DNA of 64,000 nucleotides from an uncultured Candidatus Rokubacteria bacterium (GTDB lineage: Bacteria > Methylomirabilota > Methylomirabilia > Rokubacteriales > CSP1-6). Where the stretch lies: contig CAVWFS010000018.1 in NCBI GenBank assembly GCA_963754315.1, positions 512,001 to 576,000 of the forward strand, read 5' to 3'. The position numbers and the translations under genes were made by a program. A model generated the notes under the pieces. That model saw only the letters and a program-made list of their open reading frames with translations, ran no database searches and was not told where the DNA came from. Shown here piece by piece: positions 9,230-18,490 of the stretch (its first letter is position 1; each line of letters begins with the position of its first letter).

Positions 9230-10474
9230 TTGGCTCCAGGATCTGCGCTGCCGCTCTACGCGTTGCTGCCGTTCTGTCTCATGCTGCTGGGAATCGCGGT
9301 GTTCCCGCTGTGGCGGCCGCACTGGTGGGAGAGCAACCGGAACAAGCTGCTGATGGCCTGCGCGCTGGGTCTGCCCATCCTTGGCCTCTACCTGAGGCGG
9401 CGGCCCGGGGCCCTGGTGGCGATGGGCGAGGAATATCTCTCGTTCATCATCCTGCTGGCTGGCCTCTACGTCATCTCGGGGGGCGTGTTGCTTCGGGGCG
9501 ACCTGGTCGCCACGCCCCTCACCAATGCCGGGTTTCTGGCAGTCGGGTCGGTGCTGGCCTCCTTCGTCGGTACTACGGGAGCGTCCATGCTCCTCATCCG
9601 CCCACTACTGCAGACCAACCAGGAGCGGACACGAGTCAAGCACACGGTGGTCTTCTTCATCTTCACCGTGTCGAACATCGGGGGCATGCTGACTCCGCTC
9701 GGCGATCCTCCCTTGTTCCTGGGCTACCTGCAGGGGGTCCCGTTCGTGTGGACCTTCCGGCTATTGCCGCACTGGCTCGTGATGGTCGCGACCCTGCTGG
9801 TGGTTTACTTCGTCTGGGACTCGACCCAGTACCCGCGCGAGCCGATCGCGGCAATCGTCCGGGATCGGACCCGGCTCGAGCCCCTGCGGGTGCTGGGGGG
9901 CCTGAACGCGCTCTGGATGATCGGAGTGCTGCTGGCGGTCGCCTTCCTTCGGGCGCCTGTGCGGGAGCTCATGATCGTGGCGTTGGTCGGGATTTCGCTC
10001 TGGGGGACACCGCGCGAGATCCGCCGTGCCAACGGCTTCACGACCTATCCCATCGTGGAGGTTGCCGTCCTCTTCTTCGGGATCTTCCTGACAATGATTC
10101 CGGCGCTGGAGATGCTGCACATGCGGGGGCGGGAGCTGGGCGTCCGCCAGCCCTGGCAGTTCTTCTGGGCAACCGGCGCGCTCTCATCCTTCCTAGACAA
10201 TGCGCCGACCTACCTCGTGTTTCTCGCCCTTGGTCAGGGCCTCGGGCTTGCCGACGAGGTGGTCGGGGTGCCCCATGCCATCCTGAAAGCCATCAGCGTG
10301 GGCGCCGTGGCTATGGGCGCCAACACGTATATCGGCAATGCCCCCAATTTCATGGTGAAGTCTATCGCCGAGGGGGCGGGAGTCAGGATGCCGAGCTTCT
10401 TCGGCTACATGGTGTACAGCGGCTTCGTGCTGATTCCCCTGTTCGCCGCCGTGACCTTACTCCTTTTTGCCTGA
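9230..10474 (+). CDS. Sodium:proton antiporter (IT superfamily, NhaD/CitM-like)
   Basis: GTTGASMLLIRP, SNIGGMLTPLGDPPL, SSFLDNAPTY, GANTYIGNAPNFMV; many TMs. Confidence 0.85.
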   Translation: MAPGSALPLYALLPFCLMLLGIAVFPLWRPHWWESNRNKLLMACALGLPILGLYLRRRPGALVAMGEEYLSFIILLAGLYVISGGVLLRGDLVATPLTNAGFLAVGSVLASFVGTTGASMLLIRPLLQTNQERTRVKHTVVFFIFTVSNIGGMLTPLGDPPLFLGYLQGVPFVWTFRLLPHWLVMVATLLVVYFVWDSTQYPREPIAAIVRDRTRLEPLRVLGGLNALWMIGVLLAVAFLRAPVRELMIVALVGISLWGTPREIRRANGFTTYPIVEVAVLFFGIFLTMIPALEMLHMRGRELGVRQPWQFFWATGALSSFLDNAPTYLVFLALGQGLGLADEVVGVPHAILKAISVGAVAMGANTYIGNAPNFMVKSIAEGAGVRMPSFFGYMVYSGFVLIPLFAAVTLLLFA

Positions 10475-10662
10475 TGCTCTGGCTCACACGATATCGGCCG
10501 ACGCGGTGGATCACCGTCACCATGCTAGTCTGACCGTCCTGGATGCCGTGTGAACGCGCGGGTAGCGGCGCCTGAGTTCCGGATCCACACGGCGTTCCAG
10601 TCGCGCACGACGGTGCGAAGAGGGGTTCGGCCCCTCGGGGAGGCCTTGAAGCGATTGCCGCG

Positions 10663-10710
10663 GATCTTCTATCTCGTCTGGGACTCGACCCAGTACGCAC
10701 ACGAGCGCCC
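10663..10710 (+). pseudogene. Short remnant duplicating part of the antiporter gene
   Basis: 23-bp exact repeat TCGTCTGGGACTCGACCCAGTAC at 9810-9832 and 10674-10696; FYLVWDSTQYAHE vs VYFVWDSTQYPRE. Confidence 0.6.
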
Positions 10711-11144
10711 AGCGCATCGTTTCAGGATTGGACCCGGCGCGAGGCCCTTCGGGTTCTGCGAGACCTCGGGGGGCTCTCGATAATCGGAGTGGGGCAGCGG
10801 TGCGCGCGGGGGGCGGTACGGCAAGTCATGTTCGCAGCGCTGCTCGGCACTCGGTGAGGCGTTGAGGACCGCCGAGGTCCTGGTCAGGCTGTTCGGGCTT
10901 CTCGACAAGCGGGACGTCCGGTCGTTAGGCCAGGCTGTGGCGGCCCGACACCTACGGCTGGACCTCCCGAGGTCCGCTAGGCGCCCCGTTGCCCCTCTGA
11001 GGGGCATCCTGGCTGTAGCAGGGGCGGGAGAAAGCGCCCGGGGATCGGGCAATTCGCCCTCTCCCGTCTCTGGCGGGTCGCCCCCGGCCCTTCCATTCTC
11101 TTTTGTTTCAGATAATTGCGAAATTCTTGCATCCCAGCAACCGA

Positions 11145-11160
11145 CGGCACCTCCGTTGCA
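11145..11160 (+). promoter_or_regulatory. Sigma-54 (-24/-12) promoter of the DksA/TraR gene
   Basis: CGGCACCTCCGTTGCA = GG-N10-GC; IHF-like TTTCAGATAATTG at 11106-11118. Confidence 0.7.
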
Positions 11161-11203
11161 TCTTACGAAGCGCCAGAAAATGAATGCAATGGGAGGAAGA
11201 TCG

Positions 11204-11602
11204 ATGAGAGGGATGCGGGAGCGGCTCGAGAAGGACCTTACCCTGGCAGTGAACCGGCTTCGTCATATGGGCGGGGTGGCCCTGGAAGAGCTTCCCGGTT
11301 CAAACTGGGACAACACGCCGTTCGCCGACGAGGTCGATGAGATCGTGGCTAACGAGGAACGCGAGATCCGGCTCGGCACACGCGAGTTGCTCGTCGAGCG
11401 GGTGAACCGTATCACAGCAGCGTTGGATCGCCTGGGCACCGGGGAATACGGTACCTGTGTGGAGTGCGGCGAGGCCATCGCGCCGGCTCGCCTGCGCGTT
11501 ATGCCCGAAGTCGAGACGTGCGTGCGTTGTCAGGATCGCATCGAGCGCCTGGGTCGCAACATGCAGAGGTTCGAGGTGGAGGTCGGCGTCGACGACGACT
11601 AG
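11204..11602 (+). CDS. TraR/DksA family C4 zinc-finger protein
   Basis: GGAGG RBS; ALDRLGTGEYGTCVECGEAIAPARLRVMPEVETCVRCQ. Confidence 0.88.
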   Translation: MRGMRERLEKDLTLAVNRLRHMGGVALEELPGSNWDNTPFADEVDEIVANEEREIRLGTRELLVERVNRITAALDRLGTGEYGTCVECGEAIAPARLRVMPEVETCVRCQDRIERLGRNMQRFEVEVGVDDD

Positions 11603-11719
11603 AAATCAAGGCTGACACAAGCGTTATCTTCTTCGGAGGGGGCGGGATCGACATCCGCCCCCTCTGGCGTTCCATCGACTCCAGTGCGTCCTCGCGGTGG
11701 GGTCGTGTAAGTTAGGGCC

Positions 11720-12340
11720 GTGCGCACGCCCGTCCTCGATCTTCTGCGACCCGGGTTTCATGCTCTCAGCCGCGCCTATTTCGGGCTCGAGCTGGTCGGG
11801 ACCGAGAACATTCCCTTGCGGGGGCCCCTCATCATCACGCCCAATCACCAGACCTACGCGGATCCGCCACTGGTCAGCATTCCCGTTCGACGCCCCATCT
11901 ACTACATGGCGTGGGATCGGCTCTTCCAGATTCCCCTCCTGAGCTGGACGATCAGGCGACTGCGCGCCTTCCCGGTACGCCTGGAGTCGCAGAACCCAAC
12001 GGCGACGCGGGAGGCTGTCCGTCTTCTCGAAGCTGAGGAAGCCCTGATGATCTTCCCGGAGGGAGGCCGGAGCCCAGACGGCTCCGTGGGGCCCTTCAGG
12101 CCTGGCGCCTTCCGGCTCGCCGTCGCCCTCAACGCGCCGATCCTTCCGGTGAGCATCCACGGCGGAACGGCGTCGTGGCCCCCGGGACGACTCCTTCCCA
12201 GGCCGGGGAACCTCAGGATCACGTATCATCCACTGCTGCACTCAGACCGCAGCCTCGAACCTCGTCAGGCCGCCATCGAGTTGGCGCGACGGGTACGCGA
12301 TCTCATCGCAGGAGCCCTGGCCCCTGCCCGGGCAGGATGA
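11720..12340 (+). CDS. plsC: 1-acyl-sn-glycerol-3-phosphate acyltransferase family
   Basis: NHQTYAD (HX4D), IFPEGGRS, FRPGA, ILPVSI. Confidence 0.88.
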   Translation: MRTPVLDLLRPGFHALSRAYFGLELVGTENIPLRGPLIITPNHQTYADPPLVSIPVRRPIYYMAWDRLFQIPLLSWTIRRLRAFPVRLESQNPTATREAVRLLEAEEALMIFPEGGRSPDGSVGPFRPGAFRLAVALNAPILPVSIHGGTASWPPGRLLPRPGNLRITYHPLLHSDRSLEPRQAAIELARRVRDLIAGALAPARAG

Positions 12341-12345
12341 ACAAC

Positions 12346-13236
12346 TCAGAAGGTCGTGACAGGCTCGGCGACACTAGGGCTCATCCAGGCGACTGGCATC
12401 AAGGGCGTCGAGTGCGCGAATCCTATACGCCCCCGCCAGTCGATCAGGATCAATCCCCCGGCGCCGCGTCCTTCCTCGACGAGGAGGTCAATGGCGACTC
12501 GAGCGGCGTACTCCGGGTCCGCCGCTTCCTTGAGGTACTCGAGCGCGCGTCGGGCCAGGGTGACTCGAATGATGGCTTCCCCGGTCCCGGTGCAGGAGAC
12601 GCCGCCGATCGTGCTGTCCGCATACGTTCCTGCTCCGATGATGGCGCTATCCCCCACCCGGCCGGGCCGCTTGCCGGCTAGCCCGCCCGTGGACGTCGCC
12701 GCAGCGACCGTTCCGTGGCGGTCCAGGGCCACGGCGCCCACGGTGCCACCGGCGAGCGTGCCGTCGGCTGGGCGGGCGCGCTGGTTGTCCGTCACCAGGG
12801 AAGCGGGATCACACTCGGGAAGGCACATCTCGCGGGCGAACCGGTGCGCGCCGTCCGCCACCAACAGCACGTGGCGCTCGTCTTCGAGGACGTGGCGCGC
12901 GAGGACGATCGGGTGCGCGACCCGAGAGACCGCACCCACTGCACCACAGCGGAGCGTGTCTCCCTCCATGATCGAGGCATCCATCTCGATGGTCCCCTCG
13001 GATGTCAGCACCGAGCCGCGCCCGGCGTTGAAACGTGGGTTATCCTCCAGCACGCGGACGGCGGCCTCCACGGCGTCGAGAGCGCGCCCGTTTTCGACGA
13101 GCACCCGCCAGCCGGCCAGGACGGCGGCGCGCGCGCCCGCCCGCAATTCGATGCGCTCCCCCTGCGGATCGGCACCGGCCCCGCCATGAACGATGATGGA
13201 GGGTACACGGAGGGAAGCGATCGGCGTGATCGTCAT
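12346..13236 (-). CDS. iaaA: Isoaspartyl peptidase/L-asparaginase (Ntn hydrolase)
   Basis: IIVHGGAG, FNAGRGS, EMDASIM, GTVGAVA (nucleophile Thr), TSTGG, GRVGDS. Confidence 0.9.
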   Translation of the reverse strand: MTITPIASLRVPSIIVHGGAGADPQGERIELRAGARAAVLAGWRVLVENGRALDAVEAAVRVLEDNPRFNAGRGSVLTSEGTIEMDASIMEGDTLRCGAVGAVSRVAHPIVLARHVLEDERHVLLVADGAHRFAREMCLPECDPASLVTDNQRARPADGTLAGGTVGAVALDRHGTVAAATSTGGLAGKRPGRVGDSAIIGAGTYADSTIGGVSCTGTGEAIIRVTLARRALEYLKEAADPEYAARVAIDLLVEEGRGAGGLILIDWRGRIGFAHSTPLMPVAWMSPSVAEPVTTF

Positions 13237-13239
13237 CGT

Positions 13240-13962
13240 TCAGAGACGGGGCGGGGGAGGCAGGGAAGGTCCCTCGCGCGTCTCAACGCGAGGATCGTTC
13301 GGTGCCGTCGCTGTCCGCGCCTCGTCGCGCACCGCGAGGCCGTCGCCGCAAGTCCGCCGCCCCGCCACCATGACGAAGACTACTGGGCCCGGCCCTTGCC
13401 GGGGTTCGGAGATCCGCGAGCGCGGCTCTTGCTGGTGGGGTTGGCGCCCGCTGCCCACGGTGGAAACCGCACGGGTCGGATGTTCACCGGTGACCAAAGT
13501 GGAGCGTGGCTGTTCCGTGCCCTCCACGAGGCGGGGTTCGCCACCCGTCCGATCTCCGAGCGGCGCGATGATCCTCTGAAGTTGCGCGACACGTACATCA
13601 CCGCGGCCGCCCGCTGTGCTCCTCCCTTGAACAAGCCGTCGCGCGAGGAGTTGGCTGCCTGCCAAGGGTATCTGCTGGAGGAGTTGAGGCTTCTGCACCG
13701 GGTCAGGGTGGTGGTGGGTCTGGGCCGCATCGGCTGGACCGCCTACCTCAGGGCGCGCCGCGTGCTTGGCGCGCCGCCCCCCTCTCTCACCCCGACCTTT
13801 GGTCACAACGTCTCCACCGGCTTCGTGGATGGGTGCGTCCTGATCGGTTGCTATCATCCCAGCCAGCAGAACACGTTCACCGGAAAGCTAACCCGGTCAA
13901 TGCTACTCGACGTGTTTGTCACCGCGCGGCGGCTGCTGGAGCAACCCCGTCACACCGGCTAG
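13240..13962 (+). CDS. Uracil-DNA glycosylase family 5 (UdgB-like); start not resolved
   Basis: CRRCPRL, GLAPAAHGGNRTGRMFTGD, RCAPP.NKP, YHPSQQNT. Confidence 0.85.
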   Translation, partial: SETGRGRQGRSLARLNARIVRCRRCPRLVAHREAVAASPPPRHHDEDYWARPLPGFGDPRARLLLVGLAPAAHGGNRTGRMFTGDQSGAWLFRALHEAGFATRPISERRDDPLKLRDTYITAAARCAPPLNKPSREELAACQGYLLEELRLLHRVRVVVGLGRIGWTAYLRARRVLGAPPPSLTPTFGHNVSTGFVDGCVLIGCYHPSQQNTFTGKLTRSMLLDVFVTARRLLEQPRHTG

Positions 13963-14064
13963 CCGATCATATGGGGTGTGTGCCATGGAGGAGCTGAATC
14001 GTCCCGAGGAGCGCCCCAGGGGTCCCCGTGGTACCCGGCAGGGTGGGCCATTTGCGCCGCAAGG

Positions 14065-15108
14065 TCAATCGACGAGATCCGAGGCCAGGCGAGGCCGCTC
14101 GGCGACCGTGAGAGTCAACTCTCGGTGTTGACCGTCCCGCAGGAGCGTGACCTTCACGCGCTGTCCGGGACGCAGGGTTCTGACCTTGTTCAAATAGTCG
14201 AGGTGGGAGCGAATCGGTGTGCCGTGAATGGACGTGAGAATATCCCCGCCCAGCAGATACTCTTCGCCCTGGATCACCACCGAGAGGTTGCCACCCCGGA
14301 TGCCTGCCCGTTCCGCTGGACTGCCGTCGTACACCACTTCGACCAAGTATCCCGGCGTGACAGGCAGTCGAATAATGCCGCCGAGCCGGTTGTCGATCTC
14401 GCGCCCCTGGATGCCCAGCCAGGGCCTGACCACCCGACCCACCTCCCGGAGATCCTTCAGGATGGTCTTGGCGGCATTGACGGGCACGGCAAAGCCAATG
14501 CTCTGGGCGTCCTCCGAGATGAATGTGTTGATGCCGACCACGTTGCCACAGCGATCGAAAAGTGGGCCCCCGGAGTTTCCCGGATTGATCGGCGCGTCCG
14601 TTTGGATCATCGGCTGATCGGATACCCCTGAGAGGAGCCGGTTGAGCGCGCTCACGATGCCACGCGTCATGGTTTGATCAAGCCCGATGGGATTACCAAT
14701 CACGACCACCTCCTCGCCAACCTTGAGGGTTGCCGAATCGCCCAGACGAGCCGTGCTGAGGACGGTGTTCGTCTCCAGGCGTAGCAAGGCGAGGTCGAGC
14801 ACGGTGTCGAGACCAACGATGCGGGCTGGAACCTTTTCCTTTGAATCGAGGGTCACCGAGAGAGAGGCCGCCCCGTCCACGACGTGGGCGTTGGTGAGAA
14901 CCTGGCCGTCGCGCTCGATGATGACTCCGGAGCCCACCACGGTCTCGAAGCGCCGGTGAGGCTTGGCCTTGTTGATCTTCATGGCCTGGATCGATACGAC
15001 GGATGGCGAGGCGCGTTCGAAGAGGGTGGTCAATGGCTCGTTGCAGGTGGCCGCAAGGGCTGGCGGGGAGGTGAGCAGGAACAGGGCAATCGCCAACCGG
15101 ACGTGCAT
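14065..15108 (-). CDS. HtrA/DegP-like serine protease with one PDZ domain, signal peptide
   Basis: GSGVII, LTNAHVV, DLALL, IQTDAPINPGNSGGPL; start ATG 15108. Confidence 0.92.
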   Translation of the reverse strand: MHVRLAIALFLLTSPPALAATCNEPLTTLFERASPSVVSIQAMKINKAKPHRRFETVVGSGVIIERDGQVLTNAHVVDGAASLSVTLDSKEKVPARIVGLDTVLDLALLRLETNTVLSTARLGDSATLKVGEEVVVIGNPIGLDQTMTRGIVSALNRLLSGVSDQPMIQTDAPINPGNSGGPLFDRCGNVVGINTFISEDAQSIGFAVPVNAAKTILKDLREVGRVVRPWLGIQGREIDNRLGGIIRLPVTPGYLVEVVYDGSPAERAGIRGGNLSVVIQGEEYLLGGDILTSIHGTPIRSHLDYLNKVRTLRPGQRVKVTLLRDGQHRELTLTVAERPRLASDLVD

Positions 15109-15163
15109 GCAACGCGATGATACACCAGGCGGGGGGACGTCCAGGGGGCGGTATACTTTCCGT

Positions 15164-16468
15164 GTGCTGCGCGTTCTCGTTGTCGGCTTAGTCCTACTGG
15201 GATGGTCGGCGCCGACGCTCGCCGCCGACGCGGTGACAGCGACGACCCTGGCCAACGGGCTGCGTGTCCTGCTCGTCGAGGACCACCGCAGCCCCGTGGT
15301 GTCCTTCCAGGTGTGGTATCGCGTGGGATCGCGAAACGAGCCCCGCGGCCGGACCGGTCTGGCCCATTTCCTCGAGCACATGATGTTCAAGGGCACACCC
15401 ACCCATGGGCCTCGGCAATATTCCCGGTTGATCGAGCAGAACGGTGGCCAGGACAACGCCTTCACCAGCCAGGACGTCACCGCCTACTACGTCAGCATTG
15501 CGGGCGACCGCCTCAACCTCGTGATCGATCTCGAGGCGGATCGTCTCCAGAATCTCTTGCTCGACCCCAAGGAGATCGACTCCGAGCGCGAGGTGGTGCT
15601 CGAAGAACGACGGACACGGACTGAGGACGATCCCGCCGGTTTCTTGGCGGAGGAGGTGAGCTCGATCGCGTTCAGGGCGCATCCGTATGGCCAGCCGATC
15701 GTCGGATGGTCGGAGGATGTAGCGCGCGTGACTCCCGAAGCGATGCGCGCCTTTTACCGAACCTACTATGCTCCCAACAACGCGATGGTGGTGGCCGTGG
15801 GAGCCTTCCGCGCGGCGGAGGTTCTCGAGAGGATCAAGGCCCGTTTCGGGCCCATCGCGCGGGGTGTCGACCCTCCGCCGGTTCTGGCCATCGAGCCGCG
15901 CCAGAACGGCGAGCGCCGAGTGGTCGTGACACGGCAAGCCGAACTGCCGATCGTCTACATCGGGTATCACGTGCCCACTCACACGTCAGGCGATGCGCCG
16001 GCCCTCACGGTGTTGTCGACGGTGCTCTCCGGCGGTCGAGCCTCACGCCTATATCGCTCCCTCGTCTACGAGACCCAGGTTGCCCTGGAAGCGGGCGGCG
16101 ACTATTCCTCCTTCATGCTCGACCCGTACCTCTTCTGGTTCTGGGCCACTCCGCTTCCGGGGCAGACACCGGAGAAGGTCGAGGCCGCATTGCTGGCCCA
16201 GGTGGAGCGACTGAAGGCCGAGCCCGTGCAGGACGAGGAGCTCCAGCGTGCGAAGAACCAGCTCGAGGCCGATTTCATCTTCGCGCAGGACTCCGTTCAC
16301 CGACGCGCGACCCAGCTCGCCCGCTTCGAGCTGACGGGGGGCTACGCGCTCCTGGCGACGTACCTCGACAGGATCCGTGGGGTAACCGCCAGTGATCTGA
16401 TGCGGGTGGCCGGCACCTATTTCCCGCCCGAGGGGAAGAGCGTCGGCGTGCTTCTGCCCAGGCGCTGA
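15164..16468 (+). CDS. M16B zinc peptidase, catalytic subunit
   Basis: GLAHFLEHMMFKGT (HXXEH), NAFTS, EREVVLEERR; signal peptide; start GTG 15164. Confidence 0.92.
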   Translation: MLRVLVVGLVLLGWSAPTLAADAVTATTLANGLRVLLVEDHRSPVVSFQVWYRVGSRNEPRGRTGLAHFLEHMMFKGTPTHGPRQYSRLIEQNGGQDNAFTSQDVTAYYVSIAGDRLNLVIDLEADRLQNLLLDPKEIDSEREVVLEERRTRTEDDPAGFLAEEVSSIAFRAHPYGQPIVGWSEDVARVTPEAMRAFYRTYYAPNNAMVVAVGAFRAAEVLERIKARFGPIARGVDPPPVLAIEPRQNGERRVVVTRQAELPIVYIGYHVPTHTSGDAPALTVLSTVLSGGRASRLYRSLVYETQVALEAGGDYSSFMLDPYLFWFWATPLPGQTPEKVEAALLAQVERLKAEPVQDEELQRAKNQLEADFIFAQDSVHRRATQLARFELTGGYALLATYLDRIRGVTASDLMRVAGTYFPPEGKSVGVLLPRR

Positions 16469-16484
16469 GACGGAGAGGGGCCGC

Positions 16485-17810
16485 GTGGGCTTGCGTCGGT
16501 CGTGGGGGGTGCTAGGCACGGCCCTTATCGTCTTCGCCTTGTTCCCGACGCGCGCCCTGGGCGCGACAACCGCCCTCGCGCAGCGGGAGGTGCTGCCGAA
16601 CGGAATCGTCCTGCTGGTGTCCCATCGTCCGGCTGTCCCCATCGTGGCGGTCCGGGTCTATGTGCGGGGCGCCGGCGCTGCCTTCGATCCACCCGATCGC
16701 CAAGGGCTAGCCAACCTCACCGGGACCCTCCTGAGCCGTGGGACAGCGAAGCGCAACGCCACCCAGCTGGATGCGGCGATCGAGTTCGTCGGGGGAAGCC
16801 TGGAAACCGGCGCCGATCGCGACGGGCTGATGGTGGCCGTTGACGTGTTGAGGAAGGACCTCGTCCTGGGACTGGATCTGCTGAGCGAAGTGCTGCTGGC
16901 GCCGGCCTTTCCCCCCGATGAGCTGACACGCAAGGTGAAGGAGATCCAGGCGTCCATCCAGCGGGTGGAAGAGAGCCCGGATGGCCTGGCTGCTCGCGCC
17001 TTGCGCCGGCTTGTGTTCGCGCCCCACCCGTACGCCTGGCCCGCCGAGGGGACACGCGAATCGGTCGCGAAGCTGACACACGCGGACGTTGTCGGGTTCT
17101 ATCGGAGGCACGCGCGGCCAGACACGACCGTCATCGCCGTGGTCGGCGCCGTCACGGTGGACGATGCCCGTCGCGAGATTCTCGCTCGCTTCGGCCGCTG
17201 GGTACGACCGGCGACCGCTCCGCCAGACTTGCCCATGGCCAGCGCCGGTGGACCTCGTCGCACCGAGGCGATCAGCCGTGAGCTTGCCCAGTCGACCATC
17301 CTCATGGGCCGTCAGGCCATCCGGCAGACAGACCCCGATTACTTTGCCCTGGCCGTGGCCTCATACATCCTCGGCGGGGGGTCGTCTTCGCGTCTCTATG
17401 GCCGGGTCCGCGAGCAGGAGGGACTGGCGTACTCCGTGTGGAGTGATGTCGCCCCCGCCCGCTACGGAGCCTGGCTGACCGTGGGGGCTCAGACACGGGC
17501 CGCCGCCGGCGGGAAGGTCATCGATCTCCTTCACGACGAGCTGGCACGCATGGGCCGCGAGCCGGTCAGCGACCGTGAGCTCGAGCTGGCCAAGGCGTTC
17601 CTCATCGGAAGCTTCCCTCTCCGGTTAGACACGACGGCCAAGGTCGCCAACTTCATTGTCGCCACCGAAGCGCAGGGATTGGGTCTGGACTACGCCGACC
17701 GATATCGCGAGGCGGTAGCTCGGGTAACGACGGCGGACGTCCAGCGGGTGGGCGCTCGTTTGTTCGCCCCCGACAGCCTCAGCCGGGTTGTGGTGGGGCC
17801 GACTCCATGA
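16485..17810 (+). CDS. M16B peptidase, non-catalytic partner subunit
   Basis: HXXEH replaced (GLANLTG); GGGSSSRLYGRVREQEGLAY R/Y motif. Confidence 0.9.
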   Translation: MGLRRSWGVLGTALIVFALFPTRALGATTALAQREVLPNGIVLLVSHRPAVPIVAVRVYVRGAGAAFDPPDRQGLANLTGTLLSRGTAKRNATQLDAAIEFVGGSLETGADRDGLMVAVDVLRKDLVLGLDLLSEVLLAPAFPPDELTRKVKEIQASIQRVEESPDGLAARALRRLVFAPHPYAWPAEGTRESVAKLTHADVVGFYRRHARPDTTVIAVVGAVTVDDARREILARFGRWVRPATAPPDLPMASAGGPRRTEAISRELAQSTILMGRQAIRQTDPDYFALAVASYILGGGSSSRLYGRVREQEGLAYSVWSDVAPARYGAWLTVGAQTRAAAGGKVIDLLHDELARMGREPVSDRELELAKAFLIGSFPLRLDTTAKVANFIVATEAQGLGLDYADRYREAVARVTTADVQRVGARLFAPDSLSRVVVGPTP

Positions 17811-18391
17811 GACGGCTTGCGGCAGGGCTGGTGGGCATTGCGCTCGTCACGTCGGCCGTCGAAGCGGCATCGTTCATCCTCGACGAGCACGAGGCTGGAC
17901 GAGCCATGGCTGTGGGCCAGCGCAGCGTCACCAGCGAGGCCCCCTTCGACACTGAATGGAGAGTGACCAATGCGGCCGGGGACGTGGCGACCGTGGTGAC
18001 GCCCTTCTACCGAATCGCCTTGGCTGCCCGCCACGCGGCTTTCAAGAACGAGCCGTTCAGCCCCGCCGAGCGCGAGAAGCTCTTGCGCGAGCACAAGGAC
18101 CGCTTGCCGGTCTGGGTGCAGTTGCGAGGCACCCGCGAGGATTTTGCCCGTCACTATGCGCCACGCTTTGTGGTGGGCGACCGCGATGGCGTCGAGCGCG
18201 AGATCGCGCCCTCCTTCGTCCAGAACGAGCGGACGGCGCTCAAGCAGGACGGGGGGACCTTCCTCGCGCGCTGCGTCTACGGGTTTCCCACCAAGGAGTT
18301 CACGGGGACGAGTCGGGGGACGTTGGTGGTTCGTGATGCCGAGGGCCGCGAGGTGAGCCGCTTTGCCCTCGATCTGGCGCGGATGCGGTGA
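17807..18391 (+). CDS. Hypothetical exported protein
   Basis: ATGA overlap with upstream gene, signal peptide ending VEA. Confidence 0.7.
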   Translation: MRRLAAGLVGIALVTSAVEAASFILDEHEAGRAMAVGQRSVTSEAPFDTEWRVTNAAGDVATVVTPFYRIALAARHAAFKNEPFSPAEREKLLREHKDRLPVWVQLRGTREDFARHYAPRFVVGDRDGVEREIAPSFVQNERTALKQDGGTFLARCVYGFPTKEFTGTSRGTLVVRDAEGREVSRFALDLARMR

Positions 18392-18490
18392 CGCGTCACG
18401 TGTGGATCGACCTGGAACACATGGAGTAGCCATCCCACTGCTATAATTCACCCGCACCCAGTCGTGCCACTCAGCGGAGGAGGCCCAGCC

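Noticed and set aside
13975..14060. Glycine-riboswitch-like words (GGAG...CCGAGGAGC...CAGG)
   Set aside because: Lies between convergent gene ends and lacks the full aptamer motifs.
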